From assembly GCA_913020685.1 (NCBI GenBank), contig CAJWAY010000001.1, forward strand, positions 1 to 46,549: a DNA stretch of 46,549 nt, written 5' to 3'. This DNA is from an uncultured Flavobacteriaceae bacterium. Its GTDB lineage: Bacteria; Bacteroidota; Bacteroidia; Flavobacteriales; Flavobacteriaceae. Under the pieces are notes generated by a model. The model made no database searches and was not told where the DNA came from. It saw only the letters and a program-made list of their open reading frames with translations. Both the position numbers and the translations under genes were made by a program. The stretch's first letter is position 1, and the number at the start of each line of letters is the position of its first letter. This document shows, piece after piece, positions 1-9,465 of this stretch.

Positions 1-25
1 TCATCCTGAGCCAGGATCAAACTCT
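1..25 (-). rRNA. rrs: 16S rRNA gene, extreme 5' end only (gene body runs off the left edge)
   Basis: Reverse complement of nt 1-25 is AGAGTTTGATCCTGGCTCAGGATGA. This is the conserved 5' end of bacterial 16S rRNA (27F primer site), with the GATGA continuation usual in Bacteroidota. Confidence 0.85.
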
Positions 26-138
26 TCGTTGTTGTTTTTTAATAATATTAACGAATCAACAACTAGTTGACTAAAGTCTCAAAATGGTTTCTAATTCGCT
101 TCGTATCTGTTGATACGCGCTGTCATTTTTATTCTGTA

Positions 139-149
139 TATCAATGAAC
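139..149 (-). promoter_or_regulatory. boxA-like antitermination motif in the rRNA leader
   Basis: Minus strand reads GTTCATTGATA, between the candidate promoter (199-228) and the mature 16S end. It resembles GTTCTTTGA-type boxA elements with 2 mismatches. Weak call. Confidence 0.3.
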
Positions 150-198
150 TTGAAGACAAAAAATTATTCTAAAAAATAGATATGTTTTCTTGCGGGTG

Positions 199-228
199 CA
201 AATATAGAACGCTTTTTCTTCTTCGCAA
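199..228 (-). promoter_or_regulatory. candidate rRNA operon promoter (Bacteroidota sigma-A type)
   Basis: Minus strand reads TTG (226-228), a 19-nt spacer, then TATATTTG (199-206). This is an exact fit to the Bacteroidota -33 TTG / -7 TAnnTTTG architecture, about 175 nt upstream of the 16S 5' end. Confidence 0.5.
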
Positions 229-322
229 TACCTTTTTTACCTTTTTTTTAAAATATTTTGTACCCTAATAGCATTATAAGAATCAATGCTTGACCACAAA
301 GCAATTAACGTGATGAGAGGTT

Positions 323-1006
323 TTATTTTGTAATGGATTTAGGTCTATTCTCTTTCCAAAATTTGTACAAAATATCCAAGTCATAATCCAATGCAGTGTC
401 TTGACGCTCCAATCGTTCTTCAGAAAAAGCTCTTTGTAGTATGTCTTCAATCAGATAATCTTCATATACCGCTTCAGGATCATAGGTGTCTTTAAGAGAA
501 AGTTTGAAAAGCGAAGCGGAAGTTTGATATACAAATGCCCGCCACCCGTTTCGTAGTTCCTTGACTAAGCTGTGTGAAGTTTCTCCAGTTTGTCGATGAA
601 CCAATTTAATCAGTATGCGACCCTGTGAACGAGACAACTTTTTAAGTTCTTTTTCAAACTCATCATATATAAAGTCTTCCATACGTCTAAGGTAGACCTT
701 CCTTTTTCTTTTAGACTTAATTTGCTCCAATCGTCCAGTAAGCACACTCAACCTGTCGGCTGCAATTTTTGCATAGGGATAAACCTTGAAGGTTCGTTCT
801 CTAAGAATTACATATCTTTTTGCCTCTTGATAGTTGTTAAACCTTAAAGGCTCAAATAATACCACCTCTTTAAGTTGAATGCTTGAATTAATGATGGTAT
901 CCCCTTCGATGATAAAAAAATCTTCAGATAGGGGTGGTAAAATTTGGGCCGATACATTTCTACAAAGCATCACCAAAAAAAAAGTAATTAAAGCAAGTGG
1001 CTTCAT
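323..1006 (-). CDS. secreted conserved Bacteroidota protein (DUF4294-like)
   Basis: The ORF runs 323..1033. The internal ATG at 1006 gives the signal peptide MKPLALITFFLVMLCRNVSAQ. A TAAATTTG -7-like box (1013-1020, minus) lies between the two ATGs. The family guess rests on the GRILIKLVHRQTGETS..LVKELR block, recalled from memory and unverified. Confidence 0.55.
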   Translation of the reverse strand: MKPLALITFFLVMLCRNVSAQILPPLSEDFFIIEGDTIINSSIQLKEVVLFEPLRFNNYQEAKRYVILRERTFKVYPYAKIAADRLSVLTGRLEQIKSKRKRKVYLRRMEDFIYDEFEKELKKLSRSQGRILIKLVHRQTGETSHSLVKELRNGWRAFVYQTSASLFKLSLKDTYDPEAVYEDYLIEDILQRAFSEERLERQDTALDYDLDILYKFWKENRPKSITK

Positions 1007-1100
1007 GTTAAACAAATTTAGTAATAAATGCATGGATAATCATTTTTCATTTGGGGACTTATGTGTATTTTAGTCTTCTATTTTTTTCAAATTTTAATAG

Positions 1101-2180
1101 ATGAAGCTTTTGAATAAAAAATCCATGTCGTTTTTGGAAACCTATCTCAACAACCCTTCTCCAACTGGCTATGAGTGGGAGGGACAAAAAATATGGATGA
1201 ATTACCTCAAACCCTATGTTGATACATTTATAACTGATACATATGGTACTGCTGTTGGCGTAATCAATCCCGATGCAAACCTCAAGGTAGTAATTGAGGG
1301 ACATTCGGATGAGATTTCATGGTATGTAAATTATATTTCTGATAGGGGTTTGATTTATGTAATCCGAAATGGTGGAAGCGACCACCAAATTGCACCTTCC
1401 AAATGGGTCAACATCCACACCCAAAAAGGGATTGTTAAAGGTGTCTTCGGTTGGCCAGCAATCCACACTAGAAAGAGTGGAAAAGAAGAAACCCCGAAAT
1501 TAGATAACATATTCATTGACATAGGTGCAAAAGATAAAAAGGAAGTGGAAAAAATGGGCGTACATGTGGGATGTGTAATCACTTATCCCGACCGCTTTCA
1601 AATCGTGAATAAGAATAAGTTTGTCTGCCGCGCCATCGACAATCGTGCCGGGGGGTTTATGATTGCAGAAGTAGGCAGATTACTTCATGAAAATAAAATC
1701 AAATTACCATTTGGGCTCTATATTACCAATGCAGTTCAGGAAGAAGTTGGCCTTCACGGTGCAGAAATGATAACACAAACTATAAAACCCGATTTGGCAA
1801 TCATTACAGACGTTTGTCATGACACCACTACTCCCATGATCAATCAAAAGGAACAGGGTCATATTGAAATGGGTAAAGGTCCTGTAATATCCTATGCTCC
1901 TGCGGTTCAAAATAAATTGAGAGAACATATAATCCAGACAGCAGAGTATCAAAAAATTCCTTTCCAACGCTTGGCATCCTCGCGTTATACTGGAACTGAT
2001 ACTGATGCATTTGCATACAGCAACGGTGGAGTTGCCTCTGCACTTATCTCGTTACCCTTGCGATACATGCATACTACCGTTGAAATGGTTGATAAACAAG
2101 ATATTGAAAATGTTATACGCTTGATTTACGAAACCCTTCTAAGTGTTGACCCCGATGATGGGTTTAGCTATTTCGATTAA
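1101..2180 (+). CDS. M42 family metallo-aminopeptidase (FrvX / endoglucanase-like)
   Basis: 359 aa with an ATG start. Carries the M42-type blocks HSDEIS, AIDNRAGG and QEEVGLHGA. Confidence 0.8.
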   Translation: MKLLNKKSMSFLETYLNNPSPTGYEWEGQKIWMNYLKPYVDTFITDTYGTAVGVINPDANLKVVIEGHSDEISWYVNYISDRGLIYVIRNGGSDHQIAPSKWVNIHTQKGIVKGVFGWPAIHTRKSGKEETPKLDNIFIDIGAKDKKEVEKMGVHVGCVITYPDRFQIVNKNKFVCRAIDNRAGGFMIAEVGRLLHENKIKLPFGLYITNAVQEEVGLHGAEMITQTIKPDLAIITDVCHDTTTPMINQKEQGHIEMGKGPVISYAPAVQNKLREHIIQTAEYQKIPFQRLASSRYTGTDTDAFAYSNGGVASALISLPLRYMHTTVEMVDKQDIENVIRLIYETLLSVDPDDGFSYFD

Positions 2181-2645
2181 AGAAGGGTATTTATGAAAAA
2201 AAAATCCTCGAGAATATTGGACGAAATTTTAAAAAATAGAACTCAATACTAATTACCTGGCTGATTAGAACTTCATATTTTATGGAAACCTGTCTATTAA
2301 ATTTTTTCAAAATAAAAGTATTTTTTTATTTTTCTACACCACTGTTACTGAGAATTTTGTTACAGCATTTAATAGAAGTTAAATCCCTCAAAAAGCTTTT
2401 ATATTAAAAAATTAATCCTTGCATTATCCTTTATTAAAAAATCCTCTTAATTCTAAGCTTTTTTCTTAAGCAATTCATAAATTCGATATCTTGATGGACC
2501 GGATTTGGAATAGCGTTGAAAATTATGGTATAATTAGGATGATTATGGGTATCGTATATGATTTTTTTTTAATCAATTTGAAAGTAAAGGGTTGAGCAGT
2601 AAATTAGATTACAATTGATTTAAATACCTATTAAAAAGAAAATTA

Positions 2646-3659
2646 TCAATTAATCAAAGCTTTATTTATTCGCTTTACCAATCCAGGGCCTTCATAAACA
2701 AAACCAGTATAAAGCTGTATTAAATCTGCGCCAGCATTGAGCTTTTCTATAGCATCATTGGGATCATGAATACCTCCAACTCCAATTATAGGGAAAGCTT
2801 TTTGGCTTTTTTCGGATAGGAAACGGATTACCTGAGTGCTTCGGAGATTAAGTGGTTTTCCACTTATACCACCAATTTGGCTCTTATTTGAGGATTTTAG
2901 ACCATTGAGTTTTATAGATGTGTTGGTGGCTATAACCCCTGCGGTGTGAGTTGTTTTTACAATTTTGATAATGTCCAATAATTCCTCATTGGACAGGTCT
3001 GGAGCAATTTTAAGTAGAATGGGCTTTGGTTTTTTATTAGCTTGGTTGATTTCTTGTAATGTATTTAAAAGGTTAGTAAGTGGCTTTTTATCCTGAAGCT
3101 CCCTCAGGTTGGGTGTATTTGGTGAGCTGACATTAACCACAAAGTAATCTACGTAGGGATAAAGAGTTTTGAAACAATAAACGTAATCATCTACCGCCTT
3201 TTCGTTGGGAGTGATTTTGTTTTTACCAATGTTACCCCCGATAATGATGTTTTTATTTTTTTTAAGGCGAGGGATTACGGCTTCTACTCCTTCATTATTA
3301 AATCCCATTCGATTTATCAGTCCGTGGTCCTCGGGCAATCTAAACAAACGCTTTTTGGGATTTCCTGTTTGAGGCTTTGGAGTAAGAGTCCCGATCTCGA
3401 TAAATCCAAAACCAAAATTAGAAAGTTCTTGGTAAAGCTTTGCGTCTTTGTCAAAGCCGGCTGCCAAACCCACAGGATTATTGAAAGTAATACCAAAGAG
3501 TTTCTTTTCGAGTTTAGGATGCGAAATGTGATAAATACTCCGAATCAAAAAAGGGACACCAGGTACTTTATGCAATCTCCGAATCAAACCAAATACAAAA
3601 TAATGTATCCATTCGGGGTCACCGAGAAAAAGTATAGGTTTGATTAAATATCGATACAT
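2646..3659 (-). CDS. pyrD: dihydroorotate dehydrogenase (quinone), class 2
   Basis: Motifs [40 protein letters not shown] and IGVGGI. I moved the start to the ATG at 3659 ([11 protein letters not shown]) because the ORF-track extension 3660-3698 covers the yajC terminator hairpin. Confidence 0.9.
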   Translation of the reverse strand: MYRYLIKPILFLGDPEWIHYFVFGLIRRLHKVPGVPFLIRSIYHISHPKLEKKLFGITFNNPVGLAAGFDKDAKLYQELSNFGFGFIEIGTLTPKPQTGNPKKRLFRLPEDHGLINRMGFNNEGVEAVIPRLKKNKNIIIGGNIGKNKITPNEKAVDDYVYCFKTLYPYVDYFVVNVSSPNTPNLRELQDKKPLTNLLNTLQEINQANKKPKPILLKIAPDLSNEELLDIIKIVKTTHTAGVIATNTSIKLNGLKSSNKSQIGGISGKPLNLRSTQVIRFLSEKSQKAFPIIGVGGIHDPNDAIEKLNAGADLIQLYTGFVYEGPGLVKRINKALIN

Positions 3660-3671
3660 AATTTTATTTAA

Positions 3672-3696
3672 GAAAAAATCCCGCCTGAGCGGGATC
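3672..3696 (-). terminator. rho-independent terminator after yajC
   Basis: Minus strand reads GATCCCGC-TCAG-GCGGGAT followed by TTTTTTC: a 7-bp GC-rich stem, a 4-nt loop and a U-tract. Confidence 0.75.
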
Positions 3697-3699
3697 AAA

Positions 3700-3987
3700 T
3701 TATTTTTTTGGAGTTTTGAGTTTTTGACTCATCTCCAAGGACAATGCCGAGCGCTCAATTTTTAGTTTTCCCGCCAGAGTTTCAATAACACAGGTATAGT
3801 CCTTTTCATTAAGCTCAACTACTTTAGCATGAATACCACTTTTAGTGATGACCCGATCTCCTTTACTCAGGTTCTTCATGAAATTTTTTTCTTTTTTTTG
3901 TCTACGCTGCTGTGGTAAGATAATGAAGAAAAAAAACACCACCAGCATTAAAAGCAAAAAGGGCATCTGCCCAGTGAATCCCTCCAT
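3700..3987 (-). CDS. yajC: preprotein translocase subunit YajC
   Basis: 95 aa with a single N-terminal TM helix, then the motif PQQRRQKK...L.KGD.V.T.GI.G.V typical of YajC. Confidence 0.85.
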   Translation of the reverse strand: MEGFTGQMPFLLLMLVVFFFFIILPQQRRQKKEKNFMKNLSKGDRVITKSGIHAKVVELNEKDYTCVIETLAGKLKIERSALSLEMSQKLKTPKK

Positions 3988-3999
3988 TAATTAACTTAT

Positions 4000-4500
4000 T
4001 TAATTGCTATTTTGCTGTCGTGCTTTGGCAGCATCATCGCGTTGTTTTTGTTTTACAGGATCTGGGGATACCATGGCTTTGATTCTCAATGTTTCTCTTC
4101 CACTTTGAGTATTGGCAGATATAGTAACGGTTTTTTGTTGCATATTTGGCTTATTGCTAGAATCAAAGCTGACTAAAATCTCACCGGTGGCACCAGGAGC
4201 AATGGGTGTATTTTTAGGAAAATTTGGAACTGTACATCCACAGCTTCCTCGAGCATCTACGATGATCAAATCGGATTTACCTGTATTAGTAAAAGTAAAT
4301 GTTGTCTGAACGGTCTCACCTTCCTTAATGGTTCCAAAGTCATGAACTGTTTTGTCAAAAGTCATTGCTGCAGTTGAAACAGGGGCTTCTGGAGAACTCT
4401 TAGCTGCTTTTTGCTGATCGACTTTTTTTGAGGCACTTTCATTGCACCCAATTGCAACACATAATAAAGTACACAAATAAAACAAACGTATTTTTTTCAT
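4000..4500 (-). CDS. DUF1573-domain lipoprotein
   Basis: Start moved to the ATG at 4500 (MKKIRLFYLCTLLCVAIGC, lipobox Cys). The block HDFGTIKEGE..FTFTNTG...L.I......CGCT.....P..PG..G.I is DUF1573-like. The nusB-DUF1573-yajC order is common in Bacteroidota. Confidence 0.75.
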   Translation of the reverse strand: MKKIRLFYLCTLLCVAIGCNESASKKVDQQKAAKSSPEAPVSTAAMTFDKTVHDFGTIKEGETVQTTFTFTNTGKSDLIIVDARGSCGCTVPNFPKNTPIAPGATGEILVSFDSSNKPNMQQKTVTISANTQSGRETLRIKAMVSPDPVKQKQRDDAAKARQQNSN

Positions 4501-4539
4501 TTTTTTTAAATTATTTTGATTCAAATTTAACAAAAAACA

Positions 4540-5478
4540 TTATATGAGTCCCCTACCACTTTTATTTAATCGTCCCAAATCTTCAAAATCTTTAATAATT
4601 TTGTCCAAGATTCCATTGATGAAAATATTACTTTTTGGTGTTGAATAGTCTTTAGAAATTTCAATGTATTCATTCATTGTAACTTTCGGCGGTATGGTGG
4701 GGAAATATAGTATTTCGGCGATAGCCATCTTAATCATAATGGCATCCAAAAGAGCAATTCTGTCACTTTCCCAGTTTGGGGTTCGTCCTACCATCTCTTT
4801 TTGCAAAGCATCATTATTTACTACAACTTTTTCTAGTAGTTCTATAGCAAATCTAGGATCTTCATCCTCAATATTCATTTTTGGGAATGACAGACTATTT
4901 AGGTTTTTTGGGTCAATTTTTTGAAGGATTCTTAAAATGAACGTATTAACTACAGGCAGATCATCAATCCAAGTAAGTTCCTTATCTTCAATGTAATCAT
5001 AGAAACCTACGGATGGAGCAACAACCTCCTTGTAAAAAAAAATAATAATATCTCTATCCTCCTCAACTGAGGGATTCTCTTTTTGGCTATAATCTTGATA
5101 TTTTTTAGATTCTGCAAGGGTTTTAAAATTAGATTTTACATAATCAAAATCCAATTCCCAAAATTTAATTTTTCTTTTATTGATATGGTTGACTAAAATG
5201 GGATGTTTAGCAATGAATTGGAGAATTTTGTTTCCCGCCAAAGATGGAGATTGTTCAATATTTTTTTTGGTTCTTAGTTTTTTTTGGAGATCTTTCAAAC
5301 TTAAAGCATGTTCGTATGTGGATTTGAGAAAAGCCAAAAGAGTCAAGTATAACGAAAAAGAATTAAAATAACTCTTTTTGAAAAAATCAATCTCTTGAGC
5401 TAAGTTGCCCTCCCGATTTGGTAAAAAGGAATACAATGACTGCATTACTTTTATCCGCAGATGTCTTCGGGTTAGCAT
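4540..5478 (-). CDS. nusB: transcription antitermination factor NusB (long Bacteroidota form)
   Basis: The C-terminal half carries NusB blocks (DRIALLDAIM..MAIAEILYF...P.KV..NEYIE.SK.YS...S..FINGILDKI). The N-terminal extension is usual for the phylum. Confidence 0.8.
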   Translation of the reverse strand: MLTRRHLRIKVMQSLYSFLPNREGNLAQEIDFFKKSYFNSFSLYLTLLAFLKSTYEHALSLKDLQKKLRTKKNIEQSPSLAGNKILQFIAKHPILVNHINKRKIKFWELDFDYVKSNFKTLAESKKYQDYSQKENPSVEEDRDIIIFFYKEVVAPSVGFYDYIEDKELTWIDDLPVVNTFILRILQKIDPKNLNSLSFPKMNIEDEDPRFAIELLEKVVVNNDALQKEMVGRTPNWESDRIALLDAIMIKMAIAEILYFPTIPPKVTMNEYIEISKDYSTPKSNIFINGILDKIIKDFEDLGRLNKSGRGLI

Positions 5479-5502
5479 TTATTGAATCACCAAAATTTGA
5501 TA

Positions 5503-5510
5503 CAAAAATA
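5503..5510 (-). promoter_or_regulatory. -7 box candidate for the nusB operon
   Basis: Minus strand reads TATTTTTG, 24 nt upstream of the nusB ATG. There is no clean TTG -33 partner. Confidence 0.3.
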
Positions 5511-5616
5511 GAGCTTTAGTTTTAATTATAATTAACTAAAATTGCTTTTTGAAATACAGAACGAAAGCATTTGATTAAATTTGATATTTATATATCTACT
5601 CAATCGAAATGAGTGA

Positions 5617-7371
5617 ATGAGAGCACTTCAGCACCTGAATAAATACCTGAGAAAATACTTTCTAAAGCTCCTTTTGGGAGTCTTAATCACAATCATTTCA
5701 AGAGTTTTTTCCTTATTTGCTCCCCGTTTGATTGGTGATTCACTAACTGCAGTTGAAAATTTCCTTACCAATCATCAAGGAGATTTGGCCATGCTCAAGA
5801 CATTACTTATAAAAAATATATTAATCATTATTGGCGCAACTCTACTATCGGGATTTTTTACCTTTTTAATGCGTCAGACAATAATTAATGTATCCCGTTA
5901 CATCGAATTTGATCTCAAAAATGAAATCTTTTCCTATTACCAAAAATTGAGTCAACGCTTTTACAAAAACAATCGTACAGGAGACTTGATGAATAGAATC
6001 AGCGAAGATGTAAGTAAAGTTAGAATGTATGTAGGACCTGCAATTATGTATAGTATTAATACAGTTACCCTTTTTATATGTGTTATTACGATCATGTTTA
6101 GCATAGCTCCAAAGCTATCTGTTTACACTCTAATACCACTCCCACTTTTGTCATTTACCATCTACAAACTCAGTAGAGTTATCAACATGAGAAGTACTGC
6201 GGTTCAGGAAATGTTGTCAAACCTTTCCTCATATACCCAAGAAACATTCAGTGGTATTTCTGTAATCAAATCCTATAGTATGGAGAGTATTTTTTACAAA
6301 AAATTTGATCACTTTGCACTTGAATCCAAAGAGAAAAATATGAATCTGGTCAAGGTTCAGGCCTGGTTTTTTCCTTTAATGATACTTTTGATCGGTTTGA
6401 GCAATCTAATCGTCATTTTTATTGGAGGACAACAATACATAAGTGGAGAAATAGAAATCGGAGTATTGGCTGAGTTTATAATCTACATCAATATGCTTAC
6501 ATGGCCAGTTGCTGTGGTTGGATGGGTAACCTCTGTAGTCCAGCAGGCAGAGGCATCCCAAAAAAGAATTAATGCTTTTTTAAATGAACCTATAGAAATC
6601 AAAGATGGTTCAGGAGTCGATGTTATAATTAAAGGAGAAATTACCCTTGAAAATATCACCTTGATTTACCCAGAAACAAAAATTAAAGCCTTGGACGGGA
6701 TCAATTTAAAAATAGAAAGTGGTAAATCACTTGGCATAATTGGAAAAGTGGGGTCTGGAAAATCCTCTTTACTTAATATTATCAATCGTCTTTATGATCC
6801 AAATACCGGAAAAGTTTTATTAGATGGGTATGACATCAGGAAGTTTAAACTGGAAAAACTAAGAAGCTATATTGGAAATATCCCACAAAATGCATTTTTG
6901 TTTTCAGAGAGTATTCAAGATAATATTCGGTTAGGTAAAGTGGATGCTACAGATCTAGAGATTCAACAAGCATGCAAAACAGCAGCAATACATAAAAGTA
7001 TTATTAAATTTAAAGATGGGTATCAGACACTTCTTGGTGAAAGAGGGCTTACATTGTCTGGAGGACAAATACAAAGGGTATCAATTGCGAGGGCAATAAT
7101 CAAAGATACCGAAATATTGCTTTTAGACGACTGTCTTTCAGCAGTGGACACTGACACTGAAGAGATTATTCTAAAAAATCTCAAGAATTACAGCCAAAAT
7201 AAGACCACAATAATCGTAAGCCACCGTATTTCATCGGTTAAAAATACCGACCATATTGTTGTTTTAGATCAGGGTAAAATCATTGAGCAGGGAGACCATC
7301 AAAAACTATATAATTTGAAAGGATTCTATTATGATCTTTTCAACAAACAACAAAATGAAAAAGAGTATTAA
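5617..7371 (+). CDS. ABC exporter, fused permease/ATPase (MsbA / multidrug type)
   Basis: 584 aa with six N-terminal TM helices, Walker A GKVGSGKSS, signature LSGGQIQRVSIARA and Walker B ILLLDD. Confidence 0.85.
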   Translation: MRALQHLNKYLRKYFLKLLLGVLITIISRVFSLFAPRLIGDSLTAVENFLTNHQGDLAMLKTLLIKNILIIIGATLLSGFFTFLMRQTIINVSRYIEFDLKNEIFSYYQKLSQRFYKNNRTGDLMNRISEDVSKVRMYVGPAIMYSINTVTLFICVITIMFSIAPKLSVYTLIPLPLLSFTIYKLSRVINMRSTAVQEMLSNLSSYTQETFSGISVIKSYSMESIFYKKFDHFALESKEKNMNLVKVQAWFFPLMILLIGLSNLIVIFIGGQQYISGEIEIGVLAEFIIYINMLTWPVAVVGWVTSVVQQAEASQKRINAFLNEPIEIKDGSGVDVIIKGEITLENITLIYPETKIKALDGINLKIESGKSLGIIGKVGSGKSSLLNIINRLYDPNTGKVLLDGYDIRKFKLEKLRSYIGNIPQNAFLFSESIQDNIRLGKVDATDLEIQQACKTAAIHKSIIKFKDGYQTLLGERGLTLSGGQIQRVSIARAIIKDTEILLLDDCLSAVDTDTEEIILKNLKNYSQNKTTIIVSHRISSVKNTDHIVVLDQGKIIEQGDHQKLYNLKGFYYDLFNKQQNEKEY

Positions 7372-7437
7372 TTTGTTTTGTTTTAATTTTTTTTAGAATT
7401 TTGGAGTAACAACCAAATTAATTAAAACAGAAGTTCA

Positions 7438-7806
7438 ATGTATAACAACAATGATAAGGACCAGGAAGAGATTTTTTCCAAAGTTCTACGTGCTGGAAGA
7501 AGAACTTATTTTTTCGATGTGCGTGAGACAAAGGCTAGTGATTACTATTTAACCATTACTGAAAGTAAAAAATTCACAAATGATGATGGAACGTTCCACT
7601 ACAAAAAACACAAAATCTATCTTTATAAGGAGGATTTTAATGATTTCAGCTTGATACTATCTGAAATGGTAGATTTCATAATAAAAGAAAGAGGTGTGGA
7701 AGTGATAAGTGAAAGGCATCAAAAAAATTACGATAGGGACAAAAATTTGGATGCGGCCGAAGTTCCAGGGAACAATTTTACTGATCTAAACTTTGAGGAT
7801 ATTTAG
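7438..7806 (+). CDS. PUR-alpha-like nucleic-acid-binding protein (DUF3276 family)
   Basis: 122 aa. The segment EIFSKVLRAGRRTYFFDVRETKASDYYLTITESKK....HKIYLYKEDF matches the single PUR-repeat fold signature of Bacteroidota/Spirochaete DUF3276 proteins (recalled from memory). Confidence 0.6.
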   Translation: MYNNNDKDQEEIFSKVLRAGRRTYFFDVRETKASDYYLTITESKKFTNDDGTFHYKKHKIYLYKEDFNDFSLILSEMVDFIIKERGVEVISERHQKNYDRDKNLDAAEVPGNNFTDLNFEDI

Positions 7807-7891
7807 TCTAAATAGATCAAAATTTTCTACTACCGATTAGTTTTTTTAGGCTGTATATTTTAATTAGATTAGTGGTCTAAACAACAGATCT

Positions 7892-8479
7892 ATGGCAAGA
7901 ACTGAATCCTTCATGCTCCCTTTAAATACTGAAGCACCTAATTTTTCCTTAACAAATGGTGTCGATAATATTAAGGTTACTTTGAATCAAGTCAAAGGAA
8001 GATCGGGCACCTTAGTTATTTTCATGTGTAACCATTGTCCCTATGTATTACATCTTTTGGACAAAATGGTTGAAGTTAGTCATGACATCAAAAAATTGGG
8101 CATCAATACAGTAGCAATATCCAGTAATGACGTAGAAAACTATCCAGATGACCGGCCTGAGTTAATGCAAAAACTTGCTGTAGAAAAATCATTTGACTTT
8201 CCATATCTCTTCGATCCTACCCAAGAAGTAGCCTTGGCCTATGAGGCGGCCTGCACTCCGGATTTTTATCTTTTTGATCAGAATCTAAAACTTGTTTACC
8301 GCGGTCGTTTTGATAATGCTCGTCCAAAAAATGACAATCCGATTACAGGAAAAGATTTGATGAATGCCTGCCAAAAATTGTCAAAAGGGGCAGCACAAGA
8401 AACTCATCAGATACCCAGCTTGGGTTGTAACATCAAATGGAAAGCAGGAAACGAACCCAATGGTTTTTTATCTATCTAA
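7892..8479 (+). CDS. thioredoxin-fold redoxin (AhpC/TSA-like)
   Basis: 195 aa with a CNHCPYV CxxC-type active site in an AhpC/TSA-like context ([12 protein letters not shown]). Confidence 0.7.
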   Translation: MARTESFMLPLNTEAPNFSLTNGVDNIKVTLNQVKGRSGTLVIFMCNHCPYVLHLLDKMVEVSHDIKKLGINTVAISSNDVENYPDDRPELMQKLAVEKSFDFPYLFDPTQEVALAYEAACTPDFYLFDQNLKLVYRGRFDNARPKNDNPITGKDLMNACQKLSKGAAQETHQIPSLGCNIKWKAGNEPNGFLSI

Positions 8480-9404
8480 AATCGACCAACTCTACCTCAA
8501 AAATCAAGGTTGAGTCAGGAGGAATTACATCCCCAGCCCCTTTAGAGCCATAAGCCAACTCACTTGGAATCACTAGTTTTGCCGATGATCCCCTTTTGAG
8601 TAAAGCGATACCCTCATCCCATCCCTTAATGACTTGGCCCATGCCCAAAGGAAAAACAATGGGTTCATTCCGTTGGTAGGAAGAGTCAAATACTGTTCCA
8701 TCTAGCAGCATTCCCCTGTAATGAACCGAAACGTTTTTACCTTTTGAAGGATAATCTCCAGACCCTTTTCGGTTGATTTTATAGTAAAGGCCACTTTCAG
8801 TTTGTTCCATCCCATCGGTCAATTCTTCAAGTTCTTTACGGTCAGCTTCCAGAGCTGCATTAAGTTGCGCTTTCTTCTCATTGATAAAAAAATCAAAAGC
8901 AGCTTTGGCATCCCAAGACTCGGCATCGGCCCCAACCCTTTCGATCGTTATGTTTTGAATCGCATCATCTTGTGCAATGGCATCCACAACCTCAAACCCT
9001 TCAATCAAATATCCAAAAACAGTATGTTTACCATCCAACCATGGAGTAGCAGTGTGAGTAATAAAAAATTGACTTCCGTTGGTCCCTGGGCCTGCATTAG
9101 CCATTGATAAAGTACCGGGACGATCGTGTTTGAGTTCCGGATGAAACTCGTCATCAAATTGATATCCGGGTCCTCCCATGCCTGTACCTTGAGGACACCC
9201 CCCTTGGATCATGAAATTTGCAATCACACGGTGAAACTTAAGTCCGTCGTAGTAGGGTGTTCCTTTCAAACTCACCTTGTTTTCGATTGCACCTTCAACA
9301 AGTCCTATAAAATTACCTACGGTTCCTGGTGTTTTGTCAAAGGTCAATTGGATTTTAATATCTCCTTTTTCAGTTTTGAAATGGGCAAAAATTCCCTCCT
9401 CCAT
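8472..9404 (-). CDS. dual-family peptidyl-prolyl isomerase: N-terminal cyclophilin + C-terminal FKBP
   Basis: N-terminal half has FHRVI.NFMIQGG...GTG.GGPGY.F.DE and [16 protein letters not shown] (cyclophilin). C-terminal half has [31 protein letters not shown] and IPPDSTL.FEVELV (FKBP). Confidence 0.9.
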   Translation of the reverse strand: MEEGIFAHFKTEKGDIKIQLTFDKTPGTVGNFIGLVEGAIENKVSLKGTPYYDGLKFHRVIANFMIQGGCPQGTGMGGPGYQFDDEFHPELKHDRPGTLSMANAGPGTNGSQFFITHTATPWLDGKHTVFGYLIEGFEVVDAIAQDDAIQNITIERVGADAESWDAKAAFDFFINEKKAQLNAALEADRKELEELTDGMEQTESGLYYKINRKGSGDYPSKGKNVSVHYRGMLLDGTVFDSSYQRNEPIVFPLGMGQVIKGWDEGIALLKRGSSAKLVIPSELAYGSKGAGDVIPPDSTLIFEVELVDFR

Positions 9405-9465
9405 GATGTGTGTTTTTTAATTTTTGCGAATATAGTAATAGTTGAAAGAAATGGGATCATCTGAA

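Noticed and set aside
3324-3647. 107-aa plus-strand ORF opposite pyrD
   Set aside because: It is embedded in the strongly supported pyrD coding region and has no independent signals.
3660-3698. ORF-track N-terminal extension of pyrD
   Set aside because: It translates the yajC terminator hairpin. The ATG at 3659 gives the usual MYR.L.KP..F N-terminus.
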